Assembly (NCBI GenBank): GCA_965655095.1
Contig: OZ296649.1
Coordinates: forward strand, 150,598,001-150,662,000
Direction: 5' to 3'
Source: Haplodiscus bocki
Lineage: Eukaryota
Length of the DNA: 64,000 nucleotides
Part shown: in pieces, positions 33,101-47,900 of the stretch
Numbering within the stretch: position 1 is the first letter of the stretch
Layout of the letters: every line of letters starts with the position of its first letter
Made by a program: the position numbers and the translations under genes
The notes under the pieces: model-generated
What the model was told of the DNA's origin: nothing
The model's database searches: none
What the model saw: the letters and a program-made list of their open reading frames with translations, nothing else

Positions 33101-36100
33101 TAACTTGTTTTTCCAATATATCCTACAATGATACTTTCGTGATTTAGTTAGATTTGCGCAGCGTAGTGATGAAGCTAGTATATTATTGTCGACTAAACAG
33201 TTTTTACTTTTTTTAACTGGTTTGAACTTCGCACTTTTTCCAAGATGATGTTCCGAAAAAAAATCGTTTCATGTGGGGCTCGAACCTGCCAACTGTGACT
33301 CTGGATACTTTTGTTCTGCCGACTGCGGTATCTACTCCAGCAACATTACAGACATCACTGGTATAAATATACTTTGTAGCTGCGTTTCTTGATACAGTAA
33401 ACAATATTTTGTTGTTTAGTTTAAACGTGCTTTTTTGGGACTATCAATTGAATTAGAAGAGTAGTTGTCATAGTGATAAAAGTCATGGCTCTATCGAAAG
33501 TCGTGTTTATCCATCCTATATCCAAGGTCTTTTAGCTCCGGTAACACAGTTTGCTGCGAGCCAGTAACTATGAAATTGAGCTGTCAAACCGTGAGTGGCT
33601 ATAATATAAGCGACTGTTGAAGATCAACGCATCTACAATAGTTGATGAAATCCGGACCGGTCCCAGAAGACAACGACAACAAGCGAATTACTGTCGTTTT
33701 TACTTTTTACTTCCATCATTCGTTAGAGGCGTTTTTTTTTCAAAGACCGATGGTCTGATTGGGTTCATTTAGCATCAATTTGACTAATCGGTACCTTGAG
33801 ATTTGATGAGTAGCCAGAGTGGTTTTTTGAACTTCTTCGCGAAATGTTTTGACTTGTGCTCAAAAAATTGAACATGTTTTCACTTGCGTTGTCCGTTAAA
33901 ACTGTTCTCCTATGTGAGTACTGAGACGTTGGTGTCTGTCCAGTGCTGACTCAACTACCTGCTATCTGGAGTTTCTGATTGGCAGCTCGGATAGTCGTTT
34001 TCTTCAAATTTAGTCGAAAACTATTTCAAACTTGTATTCGAAAAATCAATGTTGCTTTCCTGGGTTATTCGTTGAAACTTTTTTTCGTCATGAGCTATCA
34101 TGCGATTGGTTCTGCCCTGTGCTGATTCAGGTTCCCGCTATCGGGAGCTTTCGGCAATCAGGCCGAATATACCCTTCAACTTTTATCACAAAATGTGTTA
34201 ACATGTTTTCAAAAAATCGAAGATGTCTTTTCTTGCATCATGCGCGAAAACTAATTTTCCTTACAAATACTGTTGGGATTGGTTCCGGTCAGTAATGATT
34301 CAACTTCCAGCTACCTGTGTTTTCTGAAAAGCAGCTGATGTATTTTTTAATCCTTAATCCAAACTATCTTGACTATTTGATTAATCGTGGACGTTTCTAC
34401 TTTCGTTTTTCGTTAAAACTGTTTTTCTAAGGGTTTCGTGATCAGATAGGGCCCATATAATGTCAATTCAACTAGTTGCTTCCTAAATTTCTGATTAGAA
34501 ACAAGGTTGATGTTTTTTTGAATTTTTATGCAAAACATGTTAACTTGTATTCGTAAGATCAGAGATGTTTTTAATTGCGGTATAGGTTGAATTTGTTTTT
34601 CTCCTTTAGTTGCTGTCACATTAGGTCTGTCCAATCAATATCTCAGTATGTGTGCACTTCCAGTTCAGTAGCTGCATTGGTCCGGTTGGGACCTTCTTTT
34701 TGAAGTATCTGTGCTTATCTGCCAGAAATCGAAGTTGTTTTTAATTGTGTCGCTCATTAGAGTGCTTTCCATAAAAACCACTTTTTGGATTGGCTACTTC
34801 GGGCATTGATTTAGATACTCCGTCCTGGGAGCTTCTGAAATTTAGCGTAGAACATTATTGTGAGATCTCCTACTTGCCTTGGACAAATGAAGTTTTTTTC
34901 GTTATTCATTGAAACCGTTTCTATTAACCAGTGGTGACTCCTCTAGCGTTGATTCGAGTACTAGCTTTTTGAAGCTATTGAGTAATATTGGGAATGGTTT
35001 TTTTCGTGTGTCACGATTTGTCTCCTTTTATCTATGAAAACCCGGAGTTCTTTTGTTTTCGCTGTTTGTTTAAAGTTTTCCTTTTATATATTCTTGCGAT
35101 TACAAACCACTTGGGCTGATTCCACTTCTGTTTGCCTAAAAAGCCGTCGTTAAACAGGCTTTCTATGGTCAATATTTGAAGCTGCTTTCTGAAGGTTTTG
35201 AGATTCTTTTGCGTCTTTCTTTGAAATTACTTGCCGGTTTGGGTCTATTCAAAGATAAGTCCACTTCTCTTCGCTTAGAGGCTCTACATATTACAAGGAT
35301 TAATCTACTTCACCCTCTCACTATAATCGTCGAAAGAGTCAGCACTGGTTCATACTTTTACCGAGAGATTTATTGAGTTTTACTTTTAAATTGAAATTTT
35401 TCTGTTGTCCTTTCAAAAACTTTTATAGCGACAATGATTTTTTTGCGCAATGGTTTAATTTATTGGTTCCGGAACAATAGTAAATATGATTGATTTTGAT
35501 TAGCTGCATTTTCCATATGCTGTTCTACAGTGAATATTTCTTGTGTGTAAACTTTACTACATAAATAAATTGAACATTAGATGAACAGTTTTCGTAAGTG
35601 CGCAGAACAGTGGATGCCGTTCCTCACACTCGCGCATGTCTTTGCCAAGCAAAGCTTCGCTTCTGTGTTACGCTAGCGGAATTTAAGTGTAATGGAATGT
35701 AATCTTCGACCACTTACCAGTTGGTCCAAAGTTCGCATTGGCTGTTCAGCTGTTCACGAATACGCGAGTTAAAGTTTGACAATGCTTGCTTGCTCATCCT
35801 GCTGCTTTGCTTGGATTTTACCGCGGATAAGTTTTTGCGGAGCGAATAAACCAATGACAGCAGTGAACTGTCAACTGCATTTCATTTGATAATTCTAGTA
35901 GCATCGACTAATTGCTTGATGCTTGACTTTTGCTTCGGACATTTTATTCTTTGGTTTGTGAAAATAGGTACTCCATTCAAGTACCCGGAATATATCATGA
36001 ATCTGCACAGTTCCATGGGTGTCCTATTTCATATTCTTGTATCCAAATCCCAGAAATTGAGAATCTTCTGATTACTAGGGGTGGCCATTTGCAATGCTTT

Positions 36101-36527
36101 TGCGCGAATTAGCTTGACTGGTTCTTCGAAATCTGAAAATTTTTCACTTGCGTCGTACTAAAATTTTTCTCTCGAAGGCTACATGTTGGATTGGGTCATC
36201 CCTTGCTCAATAGAGAGTGCGCAGTACGGAGAGTGTTCGAAAGTAACGGGACTTCACCGTTCCTACTTATTTTCTTTTCGAAATATCTTGTCTTGTTGTT
36301 TGGAGTTTCTTTAAAAAGAACCTGGTTTTGAACTTAATGGTGAAACTTAATAGCTATGGATGTTCTTTTTGCGGACTTCGGTAGACTTTAATTGTACGGA
36401 TTGCTTTTGATATGACTCGGTCTTTTTGTTTTTTTTTCTTTCGTACGAGACCTCGTCCAAATTAAGGAATTTCATGCAACATTTTGAAAAATTGAAAACG
36501 CAGCAAAGCCGCATGGGCGTACCGGAC

Positions 36528-37055
36528 TGCCATGATATTCATCATGACTTATCAAGAAGTCGAAATCATGCCCACCCAGAAGAGAAATGGACCAATTACA
36601 ACAACCAGCCAATGAGGAGCCAGCACGTGACTGATGCATGTGTTGAACCAACAAACAACAGAGAAAACTAAAAAAAAAGTCGCAAGAGAGAACACCCTCA
36701 TTACCAGCTCTCGTCACTANNNNNNNNNNNNNNNNNNNNNNNNNNNNNNNNNNNNNNNNNNNNNNNNNNNNNNNNNNNNNNNNNNNNNNNNNNNNNNNNN
36801 NNNNNNNNNNNNNNNNNNNNNNNNNNNNNNNNNNNNNNNNNNNNNNNNNNNNNNNNNNNNNNNNNNNNNNNNNNNNNNNNNNNNNNNNNNNNNNNNNNNN
36901 NNNCCTTGTAATAAAATCTTGATCACCCCTTTGAAAATTCCTTGAGATAACTTTGGAGAGATCCCTTCAGAAATCTCTTCGCTGAGATTTTGTTAAACCC
37001 CTCTCTTAAGCATCCACCTAAATACAAGAAATTTTTTCTTGGACCTCCCGTCACA
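36528..37055 (+). repeat. 5' LTR (contains N run 36720-36903)
   Basis: TGCCATGATATTCATCATGA...CCTCCCGTCACA, collinear with 49296-50027. Confidence 0.9.
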
Positions 37056-37199
37056 TTTTTTGGTGACACGAGTTTTTCTCGTTGCTCATCTCAATCTCTG
37101 ATAATCTTTTTTTTTCAGAAACAAAACTTATTCAATAATTCTGCCAAAAAAATTGTATCAGAAACTAACTTCACGAAATGGCCTTCATTCAACCTCTTG

Positions 37200-38200
37200 T
37201 TAATCTTAAACCCTTCAAGGGAAGAGACAAAAGAACTGTAAACGATCTTAATTGTCAATTGACAAGCTGCATTCATAATGATGCAATTAATTATGTTGAT
37301 GGACATCCATAACTTCATCTCCATTTGAAAGGAGGTGCTCTTTCTTCGGCCCAATTCCCGAATTGACAAGGAATGACTTCGTTTTAGCTCTCGCTGCACT
37401 CAGAGAAAGATACTTCATTAACCGACGACTACAGCTCCAGAAAATACTTCTCAGCGCCCGAAAAATGAAGCCATCAGAAGAAAACGGCCGACTTTTTGAT
37501 AGATGTACAAAGATTTGCATCGCCACTGCGGGACCCCCAGCAGTTGCGGTAAAAGATCGTGCACTTGAACGCAATCGCCGAGTGAGCGCAACTTTCATCA
37601 ATGGAATGTCAGTAAAGTTTAAAGGTTTGTTGTTTACCCAACCCTATGATACAAGCATAGAAGACCTGTGTAATGAAGCTGGCAGTCGCATGATTGTTGA
37701 CAAACTATACCCATAAGATGCTTACACCGTATTCAATGACGTTAGTTCGTTTTCCAGTAAGGATCTCTTCACCGGAATCCAAGCTCACTCTCAAGCTCAG
37801 GATAATCTAAAACAAGAAACAAACAAGTCGTCGGGAAGATCTCAAAGATCTAAACGCTTGATGAGATGCTCAAGGTACTCAGTAGAATCAGCCAAGTGGC
37901 CAATATAAACAGCAGAACAAGCAGAAACATAACCAGAGTAATCGTGACTTCAATCAACGTGGACCAACCATCCGTCAACAGCTACCGAACTATAATCAGA
38001 ATTGGCGTCATGGCATCAACCAGAATAACAACTTTCGGAAAACGAATAATAAGCAACTCGTTTCAATAGCCAAAATCAGTATGGCGCACAGTCAAGCAGA
38101 AAGTTTTGCAACATCTGCATTAGGTTTAATCATTTTCCCTCGCAATGTTGGTTCCGCACCTACAACAGAGGGCCCCCAATGTTGACTTATTCGAACTATG
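37200..38200 (+). pseudogene. gag (degraded)
   Basis: CCHC zinc knuckle CNICIRFNHFPSQC at 38107-38148, preceded by N/Q-rich and helical fragments. Start approximate. Confidence 0.75.
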
Positions 38201-38439
38201 TGCCACAACAACCTCCGATCTCAGTTCCAATGAATACTCAACTGAACCATTGATGATTCAGACATATGATTGGAATCAACAGATGACTCAACCAGCGTTT
38301 CCAGATCAGGACAATCCACAACTATTCTGGAAATCAAAACTACTGAGTGGGCCACATTATACCTTCTCTACCCATCTTTTTTCATCTCCCTATTGCTCTC
38401 TAAATGTTCTTTCTTCAAAGCTTCCTACTTCACTTTTCT

Positions 38440-41400
38440 CTGTACCTATTCCGGTTCGTTTTTAAGTTAAAGCCCTTGTGCGTACAGTAGCATTTTCTAT
38501 TGCTATGCCTCTTTCCCTTTTTCGAAAGCTCCAACATATCAATTCTCAATCTATTGCCCAATATAACCCAGCTATAAACACAGTAAAAGTTGCAAGAGGT
38601 GCTACTGTAAGTACCCTCAGATCTTTCAGTGGTTCATTGAAAATAGCAAACGAGATTTTTTCTGAAACATTTTTTTGCTCAAAACCATGAATCAAACTTT
38701 TTTATGTTTGCCTTTTTTCGAAAAGATTGTTATTTCCATTGACTCGAGAACCAGAACTTTAAAATTACCTAGACTTACTTTGCAGTTGATTGAAGTGAAG
38801 GTCTTCATAAAAATGGTAAAGTTAGAGACTCACAGGTAAGAAAAACATTTTTCTTCGAACGACTGAATCGATTGATGTGAATCTTAACAGCACCGAATTT
38901 GTTACTTGCTCTTTAGTAAACGGTTCATATCCCGAAGATACAGGTGGTTTTATTGAACCAGATTCGAAATTTGAACGCCAAACAGGACATTGCATCACTA
39001 GCGCAACCGTCAGTAGAATCTTCAGAAGACATCTGTCTAGCTATCTCGAATGTACTTCCACATGCAATTGCCGTAGCGAATAACAGGTCTTTTTACCATA
39101 TTACGATACTTACACCGAAACAAGCTCAGTATCTTGAACCAATGAATCCAGAAATGTTTTCGTGTTTTCTCAACCAGAACATTATTGCTGTAATCGAGGA
39201 CTCTGAAGTCAGGGTCTATCCTTCGCCTAACGAACTTCGGTTTCCCACACCCGAAAGTTGTCCTAACCCTGAGTCTTTGACAGGAATCCATCGTCGCATG
39301 TAGGATGAAATCGCGAATATGAAATCTCAAAAAATGTCGACCCTATTTACAAGGAATTGGATCGACGCATCTTCTTGGATCAATTTCCATGGACAACTGT
39401 TTTTGGTGCGAAATGAAAATGTAATGTCGAAGACCTTCAATATTATCTTATTTTTGCGCGTCATCGACTTTATATTGGTAAAAATGAAGAGCTTGCAGTT
39501 GAACTTACTCCTGAAAACAATGACACGACGTTTACTCAAGGCCCACCTACTCCTTTCCATTACCGTGCTGAAGTTTTAGTCGAACTTGCTTTTATACAGT
39601 TTTCGGGACTAATATACACACTAGTGTTTTTCAAAAACTCTGGTCCAATTGTTGGCTTTCATAAACCATCGGGTAAGCTGAGAATTTTAATGGGTCTACG
39701 ACGAATAAATAATCTGATCTGGCACGATTATGATAACCACAGTTTCATAATCGCTACGCTAGCAGATGTCGGTGCACATCTTGCCGGTTAAAAGTATTCT
39801 TGCCAAATTTCACTGTAGTCAAGTGTACAGTGTGTTGTAAATGGCAGACTCTTTGTCTGTACCGCTTATGTCCTTAAGTTTCGTATCACGAACTTTTGCC
39901 TTTTTAGTTATAGCGCAAAGACTAGGTCGCTCTGTTGGTGCCTTTGGTTCTATTATGCGTAAATATCTGTATCCATGTAATAAGGCATCTCAATTTTTTC
40001 AATACGTAGATAATCTTGGCACAGCCGCTACTTCTTTTTGCAAATAATTTTTAAGCAATTTTTGTATGTGTTTCTGAAGCAGGACTCCTTCGAATGTGAA
40101 AATTTTTCGACAGAAATTACATTCCTAGCAAGCACTCTTACTAGTCAAGGTATGTCACCGGACCAGAAAAAAGCCTCCAAGTTTTTGTACGCTCTCAAAG
40201 TGCCTAATCCATATGTTTTTTTTGCAATATTTTGTTGCCTTCATACCTCAACTGGGAGAGAAACTTTTTTGCCTTTCTGTAAATTGCGCCGACAAGAAAA
40301 TGAAGCCGTTCCAAATGGAGGACATCATCAGCGTATTGTTGGCTTACTCCGGGGCTTAGAGCAAGCTTGCAATTTGTCGTTTTGCTTGCCAAATGCCAAT
40401 GCCCTACACGTGATTTTGAGTCAAGCAAGCTGTTATGTTGCCGGCTGTGTTCTTTTGATCGAAGTTTACATTGTTGACCAATCAGGTAACTTGTTTAGGA
40501 CTTATGTCCTTGTTTCTTTTGGCTCTGAAATTTTTCACCATCTCATCTTAAACTTCCCATCTATGCCAAAACCTTTTTTGCTGTGCACGTTGCTTTTGAT
40601 AATTTTGCCCTCATTCTTTGGGGTAGTACTTAACCAGTTTTAGTCCTTACGGATAACCGAAGTTTTAATCATTTCTTTCAAGCTAAGACACTTCCTTTTA
40701 GTTTGTGGACATGTGGGACCGTTTTTGGCTTTTCATTTTGTTCCTGATCATATTCCCGGCTCCTGATCATATTCCTGTCACGCATACACACTCATACTAA
40801 ATTGGGACTTCGCTTCCATTCAAAAATTCCTGTACAAAATGTGCAATTAAATATGGGCATGCAAGTCCTTGACAAATCTCTGAACGTTGTACATTACGGT
40901 TGTACCCCCTTTTCCCTCGCGAACTTTTTTCAGCTTCCTTTCCCGAAATAAATGACATGTTCAAAATCCTTTAGATGAGTGTGAAATTCCCAAGAAACTG
41001 ACTTCTGAATCTCCGGGAAGAACAACAGGAAGATTCTAATATCCGACTTCTTCATAGGATGAATACACAACCACCGCAACCCTCTCCGTATTTCAATTCT
41101 AAACTTGATCGATTAGAAGTTTCACAAGGTGTCTTTTATCGTGAGTTTTTTTACCTTACCGGTAAAAGCATTACTCGACAATATGTCATTCCCAAGCAAG
41201 TTGTGTTCTGAATTTCTTAGACGAATCCCTACTAGTAAATTTGCGGGACACAATCGTATCACATCAACTACCCAAATTTTTGAGGAAAGTTTTGCAAGTC
41301 AAGCCTGTAAAATTCGCCATATTGAAACCCCCTCTTGTCTCTTGCTGTCGATAAGTTTTGTTCAAGCGATATGCTCCAAATTGATTCAGTCTGTGCATTT

Positions 41401-42200
41401 CCGGATCCAGCTGTTTTCACTCATTTCGACTGCTGAAGAGGTTTTCACTAAATATCCTGCAATACCCTACGAAATGCAAGTGCTCTTAGCGTGGCCAAGC
41501 AACTCTTCCAAATTTTCATGCGCACATCGTATGTTCCCAAGATTACTCTTTTAGATATGTGTTCTACGATCACTGGAAAAGTATTGACTGAACTTTCCAA
41601 ATTTTTCGAAATCAACCTTGAATATGCTACTGTTAGACATCTACAAACTGTGGGTGCTCTCAAGCGCACTCATGCGTCTCTCGAACAGTTTCTTTGCATT
41701 CACGGAAACAAATTGAAAATCAAGGTTACCACACATACGTAGACTCTAACCATGCTTCAATAGGGTGTACCCCGACCTATCTGTTTCAGGGTCGTGCACC
41801 TATCAAACCTCTTGCTGTTCGTTTTGAGGAATAAAATTCCAAAACCTTGAAACCCGTTACGCATTTACTAGTTTTTTGCAAAATCGAAGGAATGGAGTAT
41901 TTTCTGCTGCGCGTGATGCCAGTGTCACTGCATCTAATAAATACCGTCATTTATATGATCGCAAAGCAAATGCAGCCCTTTAGAGCGATGCAAGTCCCGT
42001 TTGTTGCTGAACCCGAAATTGTCTAATGCCATATGGGTAAATTCCTCACTGATTTGTTTCCACTTGACCGAGTTGAACAAGTGCTCACCAGTTCTAAGTA
42101 AATAATTCGTAAGGTTGGCCCTAATTACTTACAATGCGTTCATCGCATTCGACTATATCATAATACTCCACAGTATCAACTGGACGATCTTTCCGAAATT
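38440..42200 (+). pseudogene. pol (PR-RT-RNase H-integrase), many stops and frameshifts
   Basis: KALVRTVA (decayed ALVDTGA), KPSGKLRIL..LRRIN, QYVDNL (YVDD), ILSQASCYVAGCVL (DAS), VLTDNR, YATVRHLQTVGALKRTH (integrase). Confidence 0.88.
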
Positions 42201-45200
42201 CATCCACAGAAGGTTATCCGTGATCCCGTATCACGTCATATTTCTGAACCTTCCTTGTTTGATTGGACTTCTTTTGGAGGACAAATCTTTTACCCCATTT
42301 GACGATGTTATCGATGTACCTAGTGTTCTTTACTACACTCCGCGAGGTTCTGTTGCACCAACGCAGCTGCCCAAGTTACCTCCGCTAACCCTTCCTCAGA
42401 CTGCTACTGATCGTGTTCTGCGACCACCTTTCAACCCCCCTCAGCCACGTGTTCCCTCACCGCAACTTCCAATCAATTGGTCTTGTCAGCTTGATGACAT
42501 TGTCTTAAATTGGGACGCAGTACTCATGTGTCTGTGTCATCCTCGGATCCTGAATCGTCTCTCTCGGGAGCTTTTTTTGTCCACCGCAGAGACAACCACC
42601 TTTCACTCCCTGAAATTTTTCCGAATGTTATGCCTCCACCACCACCTTGGCTGTAAACTAGTTCCGACTGGGACCTCTCCAGTTGTCTTTTTCATGTTTT
42701 TCGAGTTTCAATATAAATCGTGCGAACAGGTGCATTAATAGTACAACTGTTCCTACTCCTGTTACCCCTACCCTTCCTACTGTAACCTACATGATTCAAA
42801 ACGTCACCCCTAGTGTACGTTCACCATCCAATGTTCATCCATCTAGATCTCGCATTCAACGACCTTTCACTCCTATCTGTCCTCTGCAGTCCGTATCAAT
42901 CTCGAACCCTTCCGACCCCCTCCTCGGTTGTCTCCTCGTCACCCCCTCCTCCCGCACCCCCTTCGTCCATTCTGGATACACCTTTTACGTATTATTACCC
43001 TAATGCATTTTTTAACCCTTCTAGATCTTCTTTTCGAAAAAATTGGACGCTTTTTCCCATTTTTTTGCTTTTACTACTACGATGTCTTCTCAGACCGTCA
43101 CTCAGGACCCCCGTTTACGCTCTAATTCCTCGAAAACCCCTTTACAATCGTCAACCTTGGAAGTAGACTCGTTTTCTGCAACAAATGCTCAAAATTGCTT
43201 TTTCAACCTCTTTGAATATTTTCTATCCTTTGCAACGTGTTAGCCGTCGAACCTGGCCCTATTGGCTGTCTTGGCTTCCTTGCTCCCTGAGCTTTGGCCT
43301 TTATCTTTTTAAACCCCTTTCCGTTGTATTTACCTTTTTCCGTCTCTTTCAGATGTCCGACTTTACCGATTCTATGGCCTCGTACATCCCGAATATTGTT
43401 CTCTACACCCTGAATAGTCCTCGCCCGACGTCATTTGACCCAATGATGCAATTTTGCTATACAATGACATTTTCGATACTTGTAGAAAGAATGCCGTTCT
43501 ATGGGAGAAAATCTGACTTTTTCCACCTTCTGTCGAGTTATCAAATTTTTTTGCCCCATGAGAACCTGCAAGCCCTCTGACAACCCTCACCACTCGCTTC
43601 TTCTTTGAGTTTTGTTTTGTCGAGTGGTACCGCTTCACCGTATTCTTCTGAGAGTTTTCTGCGCTTTTTCATGTTTTGTCTCCCAAAACGGGCCTAAATT
43701 TTGCGTGTGTTCGTGGAAATCTCGGAAATAACTCACGTTTTTTGCCCCTAACGGGACGTGGAGCAACCTCGTACAGCTCCCTGCTTCTCCTATCCTTCGG
43801 ATGGATCATCTGATTTTCCACGACGCTTCGTAGGTATTATCCTCTGAGATAACGTGTTAGATGCTGAATAACCTTTTTTTTCACTGCAAATTTGGGATTT
43901 TATACTGAAACTTTTGTTGAACTTCATTTATGGATAATCTGGCAGTGACTCACAATGGAATTGGCTATCATGATCTCGACAGCTTTGTTTGCTCTGACGC
44001 AAGATCACCCTGCTTAAACCGTTGCTCTCTTTGTGTTTGTATCGAAACCAGCCAACGCTGTTCCAGTATTGACAGTGTGTGATTGTCTGTTTCTAGCAAC
44101 CACGCCGTCCCTAAAAACTGGAACAGATCCTATTTGCTCGAAATTTTTTTCTCTTTGTTCATTCGTTTTACGGAGTCTTTTTTCTAACCGCTGCTTCATT
44201 GATAGACGCAGTTGCTTTTGCACCTTCATGAGCCATATGATCGCTTGGTGATGTCCCAAATAGTTCTTAGAATCGTTTCTCGAACTCTATATCTTCCACG
44301 ACTTCCATTGCAGGCACCCGTAAAGCTTTGCCTTTCTTCAGCTCTTTGCCACTCTGGCGTTGTATTTAAATACTATAACCTTCTTTGACTTTTGACAAAG
44401 TTTTCTCTTTTTTAACCTGATTTTTTTCCCACGGGTAGATAGTACATGGATGAGAAGAAACATTCTCCTCCGACCTCTGATAATCTCCCCACGGGTTACT
44501 TCTTCTTCGGAATGTCTAGCTTTCGACTACTTTCACCTGTTCTTCCAATTGTTGCTTCTTCCCACTGACAGGTGTACCGAAATTTTGTGCATCCGTTTTT
44601 CCAATGGAACCGCCCGATATATTTCGCTCTGTTTTACCACTCACATCACAAAGCAGATGATTGAACACTTCTTGATGTACATAAAAAAACATGCTGTTTG
44701 GATCTTCGTTTCTTCATTTTACCTCCCTGTTGATTTTCTCTATTTTGTCATAAATATTGCACTAGTTAATCTTCTAGACCGTTATTTCCTCCCAACGCTG
44801 TAGGAAATCCATACCCTGCTGCTGGTAACGTTCCCATTAATTTGTTTCTATCCTTGTAACGCTTTCACTCTTCTCCCATATGCAGTTTAATCAGACAATC
44901 ATCCACTTGTTGAGGTGTAGGAATAGCTCGCACTTCTCGACTTTTTTTACATCAGCCACCCATTCTGAATCTTTGCACTGCGACAAAGCTTTTAGAATTT
45001 TTCTTGTTTGGCAGATGCTTGAAGTATGTGATCATCTACCACTCAACCGTCAAAGTGTTTCTCGATACTTTCTCTTAGGAACTGATCCATCTTTACTATG
45101 AAATGATCCAATTCACTTCGTTGAGATGAGACTACGTGCTATTTTAGATCACCTGCTTTTTTCCTTCTTTAGCTGAAGACCTGTTTGATTGCATTCTCCG

Positions 45201-45619
45201 AAAAGTTTGCCTTTTTTTCGGCCCAATATATGACAAATTCTCCGTATATTACCATCTAAACTAACGATATAGTGTGCAGAATTCTTTACTCTGTACAAAC
45301 TTTTTCGGGTAAAATTAAATTAATTTTTTTTAGTTGAGCCACCAACTTTCCCCTTGTTTCTAACTGTACGCTAGTGTTCTTTTCTAACTAATCGCCAACA
45401 CTTTCAGACTACATATATACAGAATATACAGACTAATTGTAAGACTCTTATGGTCAGACCGCTGGCGACCCAGTTTCGGTTTTCAGTGCCCCCGTCCCAC
45501 TCTTGTTTCGCAGGACACTTTGGGTCTCATTCCGTTTTGAAAGAGACTAGTTGCCCGCTCCTGTTCCTATAAGTGCCCTCAACACTTATTCTATAATTTT
45601 CACTAATTGGCAACTCGTT

Positions 45620-47900
45620 TCTTTTCCTTTTTTTGCTTTCTTCTGTTTCTTTCCACGTCTCTTTTTGTTCTTTTTTTATTAGTCTTCCATATGCTCACTC
45701 TGAAGAACTCGACTTAAAATTATAATACGAAACCTATTGTGTTAATACTGATATTCCCTGTATTTAGATTGTTCAGCGAAAATAATAGGCAAACTGCCTT
45801 CGGTAACAAATCAAAGAATCAATGTTTAGAATATTTCACCTACTCATATCAGGTGACTCCTCTCAGAGAAAGATGTTTCTTTTGTATCTTCAATTCAAAA
45901 CTTTCAAGGTACAGAAATATAACACTTTTACCTCAAGTCATCGGCTATGGTTCGTGCCCGATCTCCGGTCTTACCATTTGGCACCTCGGATGGACCTCTC
46001 GAAAAAGACCATTTTTCACGAAGATGAGAAAATTCTCCTTTGTCAGAAAGTTGTGAATGTACTGTTTCTACTTCCAATCACAATGTGTGATGTTCTCATC
46101 AACAAGATATTCTTCGTTTGACTGAGACTCTGGATAAGCTGTGGATTTTGCCGAGATGCAATTGGTATTTGAACTTTACCAATCTTTCGATGGAGGGATT
46201 CAATGTACATTGGCTTGTTTATGAAATACAGAAAGAGATTGATGCTGCGACATTTGATTTAACTAGGCTCTTTAATGAAACTGCGACCCTTATCCAACCC
46301 TCATCAGGTTTTTCTCACCTCGATCGTGTGAAACGTGGTGCTCCTCTTGCCGTCCGTGCACCGAGCGCTTTTGGATTTTTTGGCACTGGGCTTTCCATGG
46401 GTTCTGGTGACTGCGGCCTCAGTGGTTTTCTTTTCAAATTTCACTCTTAACAATTTTCTGGAGCATTTTCTCGACTTTTTTTATTATGTTCCCTCTTTTG
46501 ATGATAATGTTAATGGCTTCAACAAGGCAACAAATGACCAGTTTTACATAATGATTAAAAAACTAGGCACATTGCATGAAATTGAGACCCAGACGATCGA
46601 AATCCAGACTGCCAACTGGAAAACCATCTCGGACCAAATGGATATCTTCGGAGCATATATCCATACCATGCGTAACTGCGACCAACTTTTGTACTCTCGA
46701 CAACAAATTAACTTCAATTTCGTCACTGTTGCTTCTTTACTTTCTTTGTTTTATGCCAACATTGAATCATACCGCGCTTCTTTTTGCATACCACTTTATC
46801 ATGTTAAACAGTGTGCCTGTGCTTCTGACTAAGTGTGTTCCGGTGTCTTTTCTAAGCCAGTACTTCTTGAAATCGTTTTGAACGAAGTTGATTTCGGAAA
46901 ATCGCGTGCAACCAATCGTTTTACTTTGGCCATTCCCACTCAATATCTACAGTCTTATTACGAAGCCCAACTGTTGCATGATGTTACTCTTCCGTGTGGA
47001 CTTTTATAGACGATGTTTATACCCCTTGCCTCCACACAGACAGTTATGATGACATTCCAGGCCTTTCCTCTCCCAATGCCTCAACTAGACTGCGATGAAG
47101 CCCTACAATGGGAAATTGAAGCAAACTATCTCGCCGTCTCAGTGGATGGTAGGGCAACGGCTTTAGTTACTGAGACTCAGCTGCAAAATTCATGTTATTT
47201 CAGTATTTGCCACGAAGGCTATGCGACCGAGGGTCTTCAATAGTCTTGTCTCTCTATTTAATTTTTGGTAATCTTGTCCAGGCCATAAAAGTCTAATATA
47301 AAAGCTGTTATTTTGCCTATCCAGGAATGAGCAAATAATCTTCGCTTTGGAGTTTGGCTCTCTTCTGCTTTTGCAGATTATTCCCTCATGGAATATTACA
47401 TGGGTTCTTCGGCCACTCTTCTTAGTGAAACCTTCCCATCTTGTCGTATCTGCATAATAACACTTGCCTGTGGAAAACCCTTCGCAGGGCCCAACATCAG
47501 AATTCGCTCAAACCGTCAATCGTGTAATCGTTTGCTAGCCACGAAGCTGCGTGTATACCTACCAGAGCCGCTTGCTTCAGTCCTTATTTCCTTGCCTTCG
47601 TTTGACTATTTACCCTCATACACTACTGAAACTCAAGTGAATAATGTTCTTGCAGTTTCTGATGCAAATTTTATAGTTACAATACAGCAGCTTGCACAAC
47701 CATTAATTATGAAAATGGCCGCAATGGATACTTCATTTAAAGACAAATTTGAATCTTTTGCTAACATTCGAACAATCCTTGTTCTTGGTGTTTTTTTTTA
47801 TTTCTGTGGTGCTTCATATTCTGTTTCCATTCTTATTCTATAGATATGCCACTTTGTACAAAAATTCTTTACGTTCACCTAACACTATATGCACGCAAAA
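45620..47900 (+). pseudogene. env-like class I fusion glycoprotein (degraded)
   Basis: Hydrophobic leader, furin site RVKR followed by Gly-rich hydrophobic peptide GAPLAV..FGFFGTGLSMGSGDCGLSG, heptad-like region, Cys-rich ectodomain and C-terminal hydrophobic segment TILVLGVFF. Confidence 0.75.
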
